A stretch of DNA of 64,000 bases from an uncultured bacterium (GTDB lineage Bacteria > Schekmanbacteria > GWA2-38-11 > J061). Every line of letters starts with the position of its first letter. The first letter of the stretch is position 1. Positions 9,478 through 19,700 of this stretch are shown here, piece after piece. Below the pieces are notes generated by a model. It ran no database searches. It worked only from the letters and a program-made list of their open reading frames with translations, and was not told the DNA's origin. The DNA lies in assembly GCA_964549305.1 (NCBI GenBank), contig CAZJVM010000007.1, positions 3,029 to 67,028 on the forward strand, read 5' to 3'. A program made the translations under genes and the position numbers.

Positions 9478-9508
9478 GAGGCATAGACAAATCTATGCCT
9501 CTTTTTTT
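9478..9508 (+). terminator. Rho-independent terminator after the rubrerythrin gene
   Basis: 9 bp perfect stem GAGGCATAG/CTATGCCTC with a 6 nt loop, followed by TTTTTTT. Confidence 0.6.
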
Positions 9509-9545
9509 CCTCCTTATAGTTTAATGGTTAAAAAAGGAACGGATT

Positions 9546-10364
9546 ATGAGCTTCGAGAAAAAGAAAGAAATCATTGACGGTATAGCCGTGGAATTTGCCG
9601 TACCCGAAGAAGTGAAATTTCCCTCTCCCATTCTCTTTCTCCACGGCTCAAGGGGCGGAAGCTGGATATGGAATAATTTTATGGAATACCTTGCCTCCAA
9701 AGGGTGGCGTAGCTACGCTATCAATTTAAAAGGGCACCATTTAAGCGCCCCTGTGGACGACTGGAGTAAAGTAGGAGCGGATTCCTATCTTGAAGATGTA
9801 GAAAATATCGTTGAATGGATAGGCGAAGACCTCATTCTCGCCGGGCACAGCATGGGCGGAGTACTTGCGCAAAAACAGGCGGAATCAAAAAATCCTCTCA
9901 AGCTCATTCTTCTGCACACCGGTCCTCCTAAAAGAAGCGAGGAAAGAGAGGATTTCAACTCCTTTGTAAAGCAGGTCAGGGAGCAGGGGAAAATATCCGG
10001 AGAAACTGTAATCAAAATGGATGATAATCCGGAAAATCTTCTCGGCTATATGTTTGAAAAAGGGAACATTGATGATGAAACATTGAAGTACGCCCACAGC
10101 ATGCTCGGTGTCGAGTCGGCAAGGGCGCTTGGAGAAATGAAAGATATAACCGTAGACCCGGATAAGATTCAATGTCCCGTTTATCTTCTCGGATTTGACC
10201 TTGAAAAGATAGGCGTAAAATCACCCGTTGACATCAACAAGGAGCTAATCGAATTTTACAATCCCCGCGACCATAAAATAATCGAACCGGGAGGGCATAT
10301 GTTTATGCTTGAAAACAACTGGATGACATATGCACGCCTTCTTGAAATGTGGCTTCTTGACTAA
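9546..10364 (+). CDS. Alpha/beta-fold hydrolase
   Basis: Contains the HG box (LFLHGSRGG) and the nucleophile elbow GHSMGG. Confidence 0.7.
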   Translation: MSFEKKKEIIDGIAVEFAVPEEVKFPSPILFLHGSRGGSWIWNNFMEYLASKGWRSYAINLKGHHLSAPVDDWSKVGADSYLEDVENIVEWIGEDLILAGHSMGGVLAQKQAESKNPLKLILLHTGPPKRSEEREDFNSFVKQVREQGKISGETVIKMDDNPENLLGYMFEKGNIDDETLKYAHSMLGVESARALGEMKDITVDPDKIQCPVYLLGFDLEKIGVKSPVDINKELIEFYNPRDHKIIEPGGHMFMLENNWMTYARLLEMWLLD

Positions 10365-10366
10365 TA

Positions 10367-11161
10367 TCAAAGCTTCAGTATTTCTTTTGCGTTATCACCG
10401 AGTATTTTTTTCTTCGCTCTCTCATCAAGGAAATCAGCATCCTTTACAGCGGATATGAGCGCTTCCACATTGAATATGCCGTCTGACCCAAAGAGTACTC
10501 TGTGCGTACCAAGCCCGGCAGTCAACTTTTTTATAGTCGGCAGAACAACATCAACACCCATTGCCTCTTCAAGCTGATTGAGAGTCGATATGTCAATGAA
10601 AACGCTTCCCGCGTAAAGACAGGAAGCTATTGCCTCCTCAACCCACGGATAACCCGCGTGTGAAATGATAATCGTAAGTTCGGGGAAATCCACTGTAATG
10701 TCATCAATGAATACGGGTCTGCAATACTTCAATCTCGTCCCTTCCTGAGGGGCTTTTACACCGGAATGAATCATTACGGGAATCTCCAGTTCAACCGCTT
10801 TCTCAAACACGGGATAGAGTCTTTCGTCATTGGGATAAAAACCTGCGTGTGGATTCAGTTTAATTCCACAAAGCCCAAAATCGTTTACCGCTTTTTCTAC
10901 CCTTTCGACATTTGCTTTCTGATCCCTGTCGGGATGTATACCCGTAAAACCTATGAAGCGGTCAGGATGCGCCGTTACGAATGACGCAACCTCGCTATCG
11001 GGAAGATTCGTTCCCGCATCGTCTCCGATTTTTCCGTAATCCTTTCCAAGAATCACCATTTTATCAACGCCCGTACTGTCCATAATGTTAAGATATTCTT
11101 CCGCAGGCAAATGATAGGGACTGCTTTTTCCCGTTATGTGGTTATGAACATCGATTATCAT
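10367..11161 (-). CDS. Amidohydrolase-2 (TIM-barrel metal-dependent hydrolase) family protein
   Basis: N-terminal IIDVHNH metal-binding motif. Size and layout are typical of PF04909. Confidence 0.6.
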   Translation of the reverse strand: MIIDVHNHITGKSSPYHLPAEEYLNIMDSTGVDKMVILGKDYGKIGDDAGTNLPDSEVASFVTAHPDRFIGFTGIHPDRDQKANVERVEKAVNDFGLCGIKLNPHAGFYPNDERLYPVFEKAVELEIPVMIHSGVKAPQEGTRLKYCRPVFIDDITVDFPELTIIISHAGYPWVEEAIASCLYAGSVFIDISTLNQLEEAMGVDVVLPTIKKLTAGLGTHRVLFGSDGIFNVEALISAVKDADFLDERAKKKILGDNAKEILKL

Positions 11162-11363
11162 TTAAAATGCCTCCCTCGATAAATTAAAATTCCCATCCTG
11201 GAAAAAGTTCACGTTTCTTTATATCTGAAAATATTTGACTTTGATAATCACTTTTAAGAAAAGTATCAAATATATAATTTTTCCAAAACATTATTGCCTT
11301 TTAAAAATAAAACTTTACTATATTCGATTACAATATTTTATATTTCAATTTAGGATAGAGAAT

Positions 11364-12701
11364 ATGGCTGACACCATAAAAAAGATTGTGGATTTATTTA
11401 AAGGTGATGTTTCGGAAAATTACAGCCAAAGTCCCGACGAGGGTAAAAACTATCTCCTTGACACTCTGAAATTCCTTATAAACGCGGTAAAGGAATTTAA
11501 CGAAACACAGCTAACCCTTCGGGCAATGAGTCTTGTTTATACCACGATTCTTTCCCTCGTACCTCTTCTTGCCGTTAGCTTTTCGGTGCTTAAAGCATTC
11601 GGCGTACACAACAAGGTTGAACCATTCCTCTACAATTTCCTTGCGCCTTTAGGTCCCAAGGGCGCTGAAATGACGGAAAAAATAATCGATTTTGTGAACA
11701 ACATAAAAGTCGGTGTACTCGGCTCGATAGGATTGATAATGCTCATCTATACGGTAATTTCGCTGGTACAAAAAGTGGAAGAGTCATTCAACGCCATCTG
11801 GAAGGTTAAGCAGTCGCGAACGATTATGAGGCGTTTCAGCGATTATCTCAGTGTCATTCTCGTAGGTCCGGTACTGATTGTTTCGGCGCTCGGAATTACG
11901 GCATCCGTTATGAGCGGGACAATAATGAAAAAAATCCTCTCCATAGAGCCCTTCGGCACGGCAATTTTGTTTGCAGGCGAATTGATACCTTACTTTCTAA
12001 TATGCCTCGCTTTTACATTCATTTACAGTTTTGTTCCAAACACGAAAGTAAATTTCACATCAGCCCTCGTAGGCGGGATTACGGGAGGGATTCTCTGGGA
12101 GGCATCCGGCTGGGCATTCACTTCTTTTGTCGTTTCATCGGGCAAATATTCAGCCATATATTCAAGCTTTGCCATTTTAATTCTCTTTATGATATGGCTT
12201 TACTTCAATTGGCTCATACTGCTTTTCGGCTCATTTATCAGCTTTTGCCATCAGTACCCTTCAGCACTTATGCACAAGAAGAAGTCTTTTCTTTCGGAAA
12301 GCAGAATGAACGAAGAAAGAATCCTTCGAATTATGCATCTTGTGGGGAAAAGCTTTTATAACAATTCACCTTCCTGGAATGCGGCATCTCTGTCGCATTT
12401 TTTTAAATTACCCATTGATTACATAGAGAAGCTTACTGATATTCTCATTTCAAAGGGATTGATTTTAGAAACGGGAGATTCTGTGCATCCAAACCTTCTG
12501 CCTGCGCGCGACATTGAAACAATAACCGTGGCGGAAATAATCAATATTGCAAGAGGAATTGAAGGGGGAAACACATCTGACAGCAATGACGACGAAGTAA
12601 ACAGTATTTTTTTAAAACTCGACAGAGCAACGGAAAAATCCCTTGAAGGGGAAACCCTTAAAGACATTGTAATAAAAAAACAGCAACCTGGAAATATTTA
12701 A
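11364..12701 (+). CDS. YihY/BrkB family membrane protein with C-terminal winged-helix-like extension
   Basis: YihY signature RAMSLVYTTILSLVPLLAVSFSVL and multiple TM segments. The start at MADTIKK (computed from the frame of the longer 11235 ORF) is the likely initiation codon. Confidence 0.7.
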   Translation: MADTIKKIVDLFKGDVSENYSQSPDEGKNYLLDTLKFLINAVKEFNETQLTLRAMSLVYTTILSLVPLLAVSFSVLKAFGVHNKVEPFLYNFLAPLGPKGAEMTEKIIDFVNNIKVGVLGSIGLIMLIYTVISLVQKVEESFNAIWKVKQSRTIMRRFSDYLSVILVGPVLIVSALGITASVMSGTIMKKILSIEPFGTAILFAGELIPYFLICLAFTFIYSFVPNTKVNFTSALVGGITGGILWEASGWAFTSFVVSSGKYSAIYSSFAILILFMIWLYFNWLILLFGSFISFCHQYPSALMHKKKSFLSESRMNEERILRIMHLVGKSFYNNSPSWNAASLSHFFKLPIDYIEKLTDILISKGLILETGDSVHPNLLPARDIETITVAEIINIARGIEGGNTSDSNDDEVNSIFLKLDRATEKSLEGETLKDIVIKKQQPGNI

Positions 12702-14785
12702 AGATTTCTAAGCTGTAAAAGAACCTTTTGAGACCCTGCAAGAAGCAGAATATCGTTTTTTTCTATGACCGTATCAGGTTTGGGAACAATATCCATATAT
12801 CTGCCGTCCTTTGAGTCGGGCATCTGTTTTTTGACGAGGAAAACCTGAACTCCGTAACGCTGCCTTAAGGCAAGGTCTTTGAGATTTTTTCCCACGAATG
12901 TCAAAGGGGCGTTAATTTCAATAAGGTTAAACTCATCAGTAAAGGATTCAATGCGCCTCTTATCAATGTTTCCTATCCCTTCAGATATCTCCGTAAGAGT
13001 ATCTATTTTGAATATTTCCTTGTTGTATGTTTCTATAATATCGTTCTCCCTAACCTTGCCGAGCATTTTTCCGTTTCCCGACGGGTCAAGAACCGGTATT
13101 TCCTCTACATTTCTGTTTCCGAAAATATGCATTGCATGGTCAAGATTATCTTCAGGATACAAAAATAAATCTGACTGACCCACAAGATCTTCGGCAACGA
13201 GAATATCTTTCAAAGTGTCTATATCTTTCATTATCCCCGTAATATCTTTGAGATTAATGGTACCAAGAAACTTATCCCCATCGCCGATAACGTAAAAAAC
13301 AGTGTCTTTCGACTCGGTAATTCTGTCAATTAAATCATTGAAAGGAAGGTTTGCGGGAATGGTTTCCGCATTTTCCATTACATGGGCAACGCTGAGTTTT
13401 CTCAGCACATTAACCTCCTTGCCCTTAAATATACTGATTCCGCGAAGAGCAAGTTTTAGCGTATAAATCGATTCCTTGTTAAGCTTGCTCGTTAAAAGCG
13501 TACTAATGATACAGCTAATCATCAGGGGAAGAATAATCTTATAGTCGTTGGTAAGTTCAAAGATTATGAGAATTGCCGTAATCGGCGCGTGCGTCGCCCC
13601 CGAAACTACTGCACCCATTCCTACAAGGGCATAAGCACCCGTAGATGCTGTTATATCAGGTGCAAGAATATGGACAACTGAACCAAAAAAACCACCTGCC
13701 ATTGCTCCGATAAAGAGAGACGGCGCAAAAACACCTCCCGACCCTCCGGACCCGAGAGTTACCGATGTAGCAATAACCTTGGCAAATGTTAAAAGCAGAA
13801 GAAAACTCCATGCCATATTACTGTTTAAGGCGAGATTGATGCTTTCATAACCTACACCGAATATATGGGGCACCCAAAGCGCCATGACACCAATTAACAC
13901 GCCTCCTATGGCAGGTTTAACAGCTTCGTGAAGTTTCAGATTATCAAAGAATGATTCAAGGGAATAAAGGACTTTTATGAAAGCAAGAGCAACCAAACCG
14001 CAGAATATTCCGAGCCCGAAATAAAATATCAATTCTCGCGGATCTACAAGACGGTAGGCGGGAACATCAAACGCGGCAAAATCGCCCATAAAATGCCTTG
14101 ATATTACCGTTGCGACTACAGATGAGATTACTATGGGACTGAAAAAAGTGAGTCCAAAGTCGCCGAGTATTATTTCTACGGAAAAGAGCGCACCGGCAAT
14201 AGGTGCATTAAATGCCGCGGCAATACCCGCGGCGGCACCGCAGGCAACGAATGTTCGAAGGCGCCTTCCGGAAACCATAAAGAGCTGTCCGATTGTGGAA
14301 CCTACGCTTGACCCGATTTGAACGACAGGTCCTTCCCTTCCCACGGATCCCCCCGTCCCTATTGAAATTGCTGAAGCAAGCGCTTTTATAAGCGCCACAC
14401 GCGGCCTGATAACTCCATCCCTCAATACAACTGCCTCCATTACTTCAGGGACACCATGCCCTTTTGCCTCCTTCGCGAAATAATGGATTAATGGACCAAC
14501 AACAGCGCCACCTATCAGAGGGATTAATATTTTCTCGTACCAGGGAAGCTGAAAAGCTTTTTCAAGAACATTCATCCCCGAGCCAAAAGAAAGCTCTTCA
14601 ACAAGTTTGATTAAAAACCGTACTCCAACAGCTCCGAATCCTGCAAGAAAACCGATGAGGATGGAAACAAGAATCGTGAATGTGTGCTCAGTCATCTTCA
14701 TCCGCTCGATCCGCTCGATAAACACTTTTTTCCAAAAGCTTACTATTCGGTCACGGATACTTGTTTTAGATGAAGAGTCAGGCAT
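12698..14785 (-). CDS. ClC-family chloride channel with C-terminal CBS pair and TrkA-C (RCK_C) domain
   Basis: Carries GHGVPE, GREGP and GVFAPS selectivity-filter motifs. Two CBS-like repeats and a terminal TrkA-C-like segment follow. Confidence 0.85.
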   Translation of the reverse strand: MPDSSSKTSIRDRIVSFWKKVFIERIERMKMTEHTFTILVSILIGFLAGFGAVGVRFLIKLVEELSFGSGMNVLEKAFQLPWYEKILIPLIGGAVVGPLIHYFAKEAKGHGVPEVMEAVVLRDGVIRPRVALIKALASAISIGTGGSVGREGPVVQIGSSVGSTIGQLFMVSGRRLRTFVACGAAAGIAAAFNAPIAGALFSVEIILGDFGLTFFSPIVISSVVATVISRHFMGDFAAFDVPAYRLVDPRELIFYFGLGIFCGLVALAFIKVLYSLESFFDNLKLHEAVKPAIGGVLIGVMALWVPHIFGVGYESINLALNSNMAWSFLLLLTFAKVIATSVTLGSGGSGGVFAPSLFIGAMAGGFFGSVVHILAPDITASTGAYALVGMGAVVSGATHAPITAILIIFELTNDYKIILPLMISCIISTLLTSKLNKESIYTLKLALRGISIFKGKEVNVLRKLSVAHVMENAETIPANLPFNDLIDRITESKDTVFYVIGDGDKFLGTINLKDITGIMKDIDTLKDILVAEDLVGQSDLFLYPEDNLDHAMHIFGNRNVEEIPVLDPSGNGKMLGKVRENDIIETYNKEIFKIDTLTEISEGIGNIDKRRIESFTDEFNLIEINAPLTFVGKNLKDLALRQRYGVQVFLVKKQMPDSKDGRYMDIVPKPDTVIEKNDILLLAGSQKVLLQLRNL

Positions 14786-15257
14786 TTTAATATTCCCTGA
14801 AGTTCAGCGTCTTTACATTTTTTTTTATACAAAAGTTTAAGTATATTTTTATCACACTTTGAAGACTTTATAAACAAACACCTCGTCTGACAATTGCGCT
14901 TTGCTTCCGGAAATCCGCTAAAGGTCTTCTTTTTTAATCCGTAAAAGATAAATTGAGCCTGAAAAGGGCAAACTGTCTGAAAGGGCAGGACGCAAAGCCA
15001 ACGGCCTAAGTCCTTGATATTAAAAGGATATGGCGGCAGGGTTGCCGGGCGAACACAGCATCTCCTGTAAACGCTGTTTTTCGCTGCGGCGTTAACAATT
15101 AACAGGAGGTTACGACTATGAACCCCACTTAAAACTTTTCTTTCTTCAATCCAACTCGCTTTTAGTTCAGGACACTTCTGCGCTTATTGTTAATGTAAGC
15201 GAAACATTTTTTACATCACGCGCAGAGCAAATTAGGGGGGCAGTATTTTGAAGCATT

Positions 15258-15482
15258 TTGATGAAGGGAAAAAAGCCTACAGGAAACCGGAAATCAGATG
15301 CGTGCAACTTAAGGCTGATGAGGCGGTCCTCAAAGCTTGCAAAAATGATTCCGTATCGGGTCCTCATTCGTCAAGTTGCCTTATCCCTATGTGCTTCACA
15401 CAGGGAAGCTAAAAAATGGAAAAACAAAATGAAGATTAAACTTGAAGTACGGGACCCCGGGGAGGCATCTAAGCACGTTTAA
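15258..15482 (+). CDS. Possible small highly basic protein (74 aa)
   Basis: ORF in a 680 bp intergenic region, Lys/Arg-rich, with no homology recognised. It may be non-coding. Confidence 0.15.
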   Translation: MMKGKKPTGNRKSDACNLRLMRRSSKLAKMIPYRVLIRQVALSLCASHREAKKWKNKMKIKLEVRDPGEASKHV

Positions 15483-15903
15483 AGCATTCTCTGTTTAAAT
15501 AGAGGAGGAGGCAAATAACGCCTCCTCCTATTAATGAAAAAAGATCGAATAGTATTTTCACCTTTACAGAGGCCTGAGGCAACATAATGGAAAAAGAATG
15601 CATACTTACGAAAGAATAGATGCAGTAGGCAACGGGCAGACAAAAACCGGTAATCTTCTCCTTATTATAAATCCCATAAATAATCAGAGAAACTACAGTT
15701 AACTGAATTACATCCATTATTTTTGCGTATATTCCGTATACGCTGAATCCAAGAATCACATTGACCGCTTTCCCGTCAATCCTGTGAGTGTTGATTCCGG
15801 AAAAATCAATAAATATGAATAGCGCCCAAAGGGCAAAAATTCCCATTAGAAAGTTCAATGTTTTTGTACGGCGCGCCTCCTCCTGCCTTACCTCATCATT
15901 CAT
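15469..15903 (-). CDS. Hypothetical membrane protein (3-4 TM)
   Basis: 144 aa with hydrophobic segments. No family recognised. Confidence 0.45.
   Translation of the reverse strand: MNDEVRQEEARRTKTLNFLMGIFALWALFIFIDFSGINTHRIDGKAVNVILGFSVYGIYAKIMDVIQLTVVSLIIYGIYNKEKITGFCLPVAYCIYSFVSMHSFSIMLPQASVKVKILFDLFSLIGGGVICLLLYLNRECFKRA
15503..15529. terminator. Perfect 10 bp hairpin AGGAGGAGGC-aaataac-GCCTCCTCCT
   Basis: Read directly. It lies 20 nt after the 74 aa ORF stop and inside the 3' end of the minus-strand membrane-protein ORF. No T-tract follows on either side. Confidence 0.3.
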
Positions 15904-15937
15904 TTAAATCTCCTTTCCTTTTGCGGAGAACAAACAG

Positions 15938-16555
15938 TCAACCCTTTTCATCCATTTTGGGTTTTATGTCGGGAGAAAAAGATTCATATTCCCCTATCTT
16001 TCCGAATACGCTTCCCCCTATTTTATTTGTACCGAAATATACGGGCAAATCCATTGCCTTGATTCTGTCAACCCTATCCATTTCCAAAAACCTTTCATCG
16101 ATGGAAATATCTAAAATATCGGCAATGAATGTAACCTGCGTAACGCTGGGATAAAAGGTTTCGTTAACTTTACATTCAATATGCTGATAACATTCCGATA
16201 TTCTCGGAGGCGCTACTTTATTCGACGCTTCTGCCTTTAATTCCGCGAACTCAAGCTCATTCATTCCTTCGGGGTAAAATCTTCCAGTCTCGGTAACCTT
16301 CTCGCAAAGTGCCGATGACGGATAATTCACGACAAACTCCCCTGTTTCTTTTATGTTATGAGGAGTATGCCACGCCTTGTTACAGCTTAGCATAATCTGA
16401 GGTTTTTTTGGTGAGGCACAGTAGGGTATTACAAGAGAATAGGGAGCGGCATTGATGTTTCCTTTCTTATCCACTGTTGTAATGATAGTTACCGGAAAAG
16501 GCAAAATGAGTTTGTCAAGATGCCACAGCATTTCGATTTTAACGCTTTGTTTCAT
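15938..16555 (-). CDS. Flavin reductase-like (FMN-binding split-barrel, PF01613-like) protein
   Basis: N-terminal ITTVDKKGNINAAPYS is typical of the flavin reductase domain. Confidence 0.65.
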   Translation of the reverse strand: MKQSVKIEMLWHLDKLILPFPVTIITTVDKKGNINAAPYSLVIPYCASPKKPQIMLSCNKAWHTPHNIKETGEFVVNYPSSALCEKVTETGRFYPEGMNELEFAELKAEASNKVAPPRISECYQHIECKVNETFYPSVTQVTFIADILDISIDERFLEMDRVDRIKAMDLPVYFGTNKIGGSVFGKIGEYESFSPDIKPKMDEKG

Positions 16556-16710
16556 ATGCTTTCACTCCTTAGTATTATATACACTCCATTAAAAACTTTT
16601 TTTTTCTTGTCTGCAACATTTTCTTGAAAGATTCCCCGGTAAACCGGCAAAATGGAAAATAACATTAATATGGACTACTTTTAAAGAAGTCAGATATACT
16701 TAACAAAGTT

Positions 16711-19700
16711 ATGGATAAACAGCTGAAAATACAACATCCTAAAAAACATATTTTTTCAATTCTCTTCTTTTTGCTTATTCTGAGTTGTCCGCTTTTTTCA
16801 CTAATCTCCACCGCCTCTGAAACATCTATCGGCCTTTCGGGAAAATGGAAACTCTTCGAGACAAAAACAAGCACTCTGCCTCGTAAAGATACCAACTGGC
16901 AAACCGTTACAGTGCCCGGATACATTACGGGGAATTGGTATCCCTATGCGTGGTATAAAAAAAACTTTACGCTTCCGGAAAAGAAAAACGGTAAAGCAGA
17001 TAAAGTGTTTATCGCCTTTGAAGCTGTAAAATGGTCCGCGGAAGTCTTTATCAACGGCAACTCCGCCGGCACTCATTCTGGCGGATTTACTCCTTTTGAA
17101 TTCGATATAACTCCATATATAAAATTCGGCGAAGAAAACGAAATACTTGTAAAAGTATCCAACATCAGCAGCATCAGGGAAGAAAATACAAGAAAATTCC
17201 TTTATCCTCCGGGATGGCATAAAGATATAAATCTTCACGGCATATGGGGAAATGTATCAATTGAAATAAGGCCTTATCTTCATATAAAAAACCTATCTCT
17301 GTTCACCTTTGTAAAAAGCAAGACAATCACTATTTCGGCCATGATAGTCAACTACTCCGACACTTCTGCAACTGCAAACTTAACGTTCTCCGTAAAAGAT
17401 AAATCTGATTTGGTATTAAATTTTAAAAACAATCCCGAAACAATCGGACCGGGAAAAATCAAAAAAATCACGGCACGGGCAAAATGGCAGTCTCCCAAGC
17501 TTTGGTCTCCTCAATCGCCTTTTCTGTATGAGCTTGAAAGCATACTTTCTTCAGATGACAAAATTATAGATAAAAAAAAGACGAAGTTCGGTTTCAGGGA
17601 ATTTTCGATTTCCGGAAATCAATTTTTCCTAAACGGGAAAAAAATTCATCTTTTCGGCACCTGTTTTCATATAGCCGATGTTTTCGACAATCTCGATGCA
17701 GGATCTCCCGAAAGAACATTCAGCCTTCTCAAATACGCAAATATAAATGTCGTACGCCTGATGGATCAGCCTTGGCCCGAACACTGGTATGATACAGCAG
17801 ACAGAATGGGAATGCTTATAATCGCCGATTCTGCCATAACTCCCGACGGTTCGCAAAAAATATCCGATCCCCGATACTGGGAAAACGCTTCCGCGCACAT
17901 CAGTTCATATGTGCAGGACAAGACAAACCATCCCTCAATTATAATATGGAACCTTTCAAGCGAAATAGACAGCATGCTCGCCCAAAACAAAGATGTGAAA
18001 AAGAGCGAACTTGAAAACAGAATGATACGCCTGAAATACGACGTTTCATCCATTGACCCTGTAAGACCGACAATGAATGAAGGAGCGAGAGATTTCGGCA
18101 ATGCCGACATCGAGAATATCCACTATCCGCGGGAATATGTTTATGACCTCAATATGGGAGGATGGCATTATCAATATCCCAATGCGGGATTCTGGTTCAG
18201 ACTTGATAAAAAAGGCGCGCTTAGAAAAAATCCCGCCATTCCCTACTATATAGGTGAAACTCTTTGGTCGGCGTCACGGACACCTGACGGCGATACGGTT
18301 TTTACAGGCGACAAGGCATATGTAAATTTTTTACACTTCAAGCAGATTGCAAAGTCAAAAGCACTGCTTTCGCAAATGAAAGCATATCGTATGACAAATA
18401 TGCCGGGCGTCAGTCCGTGGAATATATTCGAGGAAAAGTTCTGGGGAAACAGCTGGAAGGACAAGCATATTCCTGAAAAAAATCCACTCATTGAAGCCTG
18501 CAGAAAAGCTTTTGCGCCGGTTGTCGCATTTGTAAAAGAATATAACGGAAGGTTTTTCTCGGATTCCCTTTTAAAGCGGACAATTTACGTTTTGAATGAT
18601 TCGCTTTCCGATAAATTTTTACGGGCAAAGATCTCACTTCTTCTTGACGGAAAAACACTTGAGGAAACGGAAAAAAGTTTTTTCATAAAAACAGGTGGAA
18701 AAAACCTCATTAACGCTTCCTTCAAACTTCCTGAAACGCGAATACAAAAAGAATTTTTTCTCAAGATTTCCCTGAGCGACGAAAGGAAAGAATTGTTTTC
18801 TGATTCGATCAAGTACACACTTTTCCCGAAATTGGAAAAATCCAATTTCCCTAAGGACAAGATAATGGTCTTCGACCCATCCCAATCGCTTTCCTTTCTT
18901 GCTATGGAAGCATTCGAATATCTGAACGGACAATCTCTGGATGATTTGCCGTCAGATAAAATTCTGATAGTCGGAGAAAATGCCTTTAACGAACCTCTTA
19001 CTGACAATTCAAAAAGGGCGCAGGCAATAAGCCGGTTTATACAGAAAGGGGGAAAGGCGCTCATATTGAAGCAAAAAACTCTTCCCCCGGAAATTTATCC
19101 TGTAAAAAAATCAAATCATACTCCCACAATGGTCTATATAAGGTCAAAGGGACATCCTGTTTTCAGTGGAATGAAAAACGATAGTCTTTCATTCTGGCAG
19201 GGTAACAATTTTGTCGCCGAAGACTGTTATCTTAAACCGGAAAAAGGCAGAGTGCGCGCTTTGGCAGATTCCGGAGGAAAAGGAGGACTTCTCTATACAC
19301 CTCTCATTGAATGTTTCAAAGGTGACGGATTGTTTATTCTCTGTCAGATGAATATTGCGTCAAAGTATAATGTCGAACCATCGGCGGGCATGCTTTTTAA
19401 AAATATCGTAGATTATCTTCTTTCACTTTCCATTAAAAAAACCTCTGCAGATAATATATTTTTAATTAACGGAGGCGATAATTTTTTAAAAAAGATAAAG
19501 CGTCTAACAAATTTAAACCCCCGCGACTTAAGAGGAAAAACCCTGTCTTCTCTTATAAACGAAAAAGCGTTGTTTCTCGCAGATTTTGGCAAAGAAAAGA
19601 ATGTCAACATTCCGCAAAGCATTCTGGAAGGCGTAAAATCGGGAAGCACCCTCTATATTCATAGTTTAACTCCCCGCATTATAGATAGGGTAAATAATAT

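Noticed and set aside
14786-15000. Fluoride (crcB-motif) riboswitch upstream of the ClC gene
   Set aside because: The reverse-complement leader lacks the GGCGAUGG...UUCGCC and CUCUACUG-type conserved elements. The channel also has canonical Cl-type filter motifs and CBS domains rather than the ClC-F type.
14786-15468. tmRNA, RNase P RNA or SRP RNA in the long intergenic region
   Set aside because: I looked for the tmRNA 5' GGGG...GA/3' T-arm-CCA pattern, RNase P conserved blocks (GGAAAGUCCGG, AGGGCAGG-AA) and the SRP GGAAGCAGCCAAGGCAG core, and none is present. Only a generic unassigned-ncRNA possibility remains.
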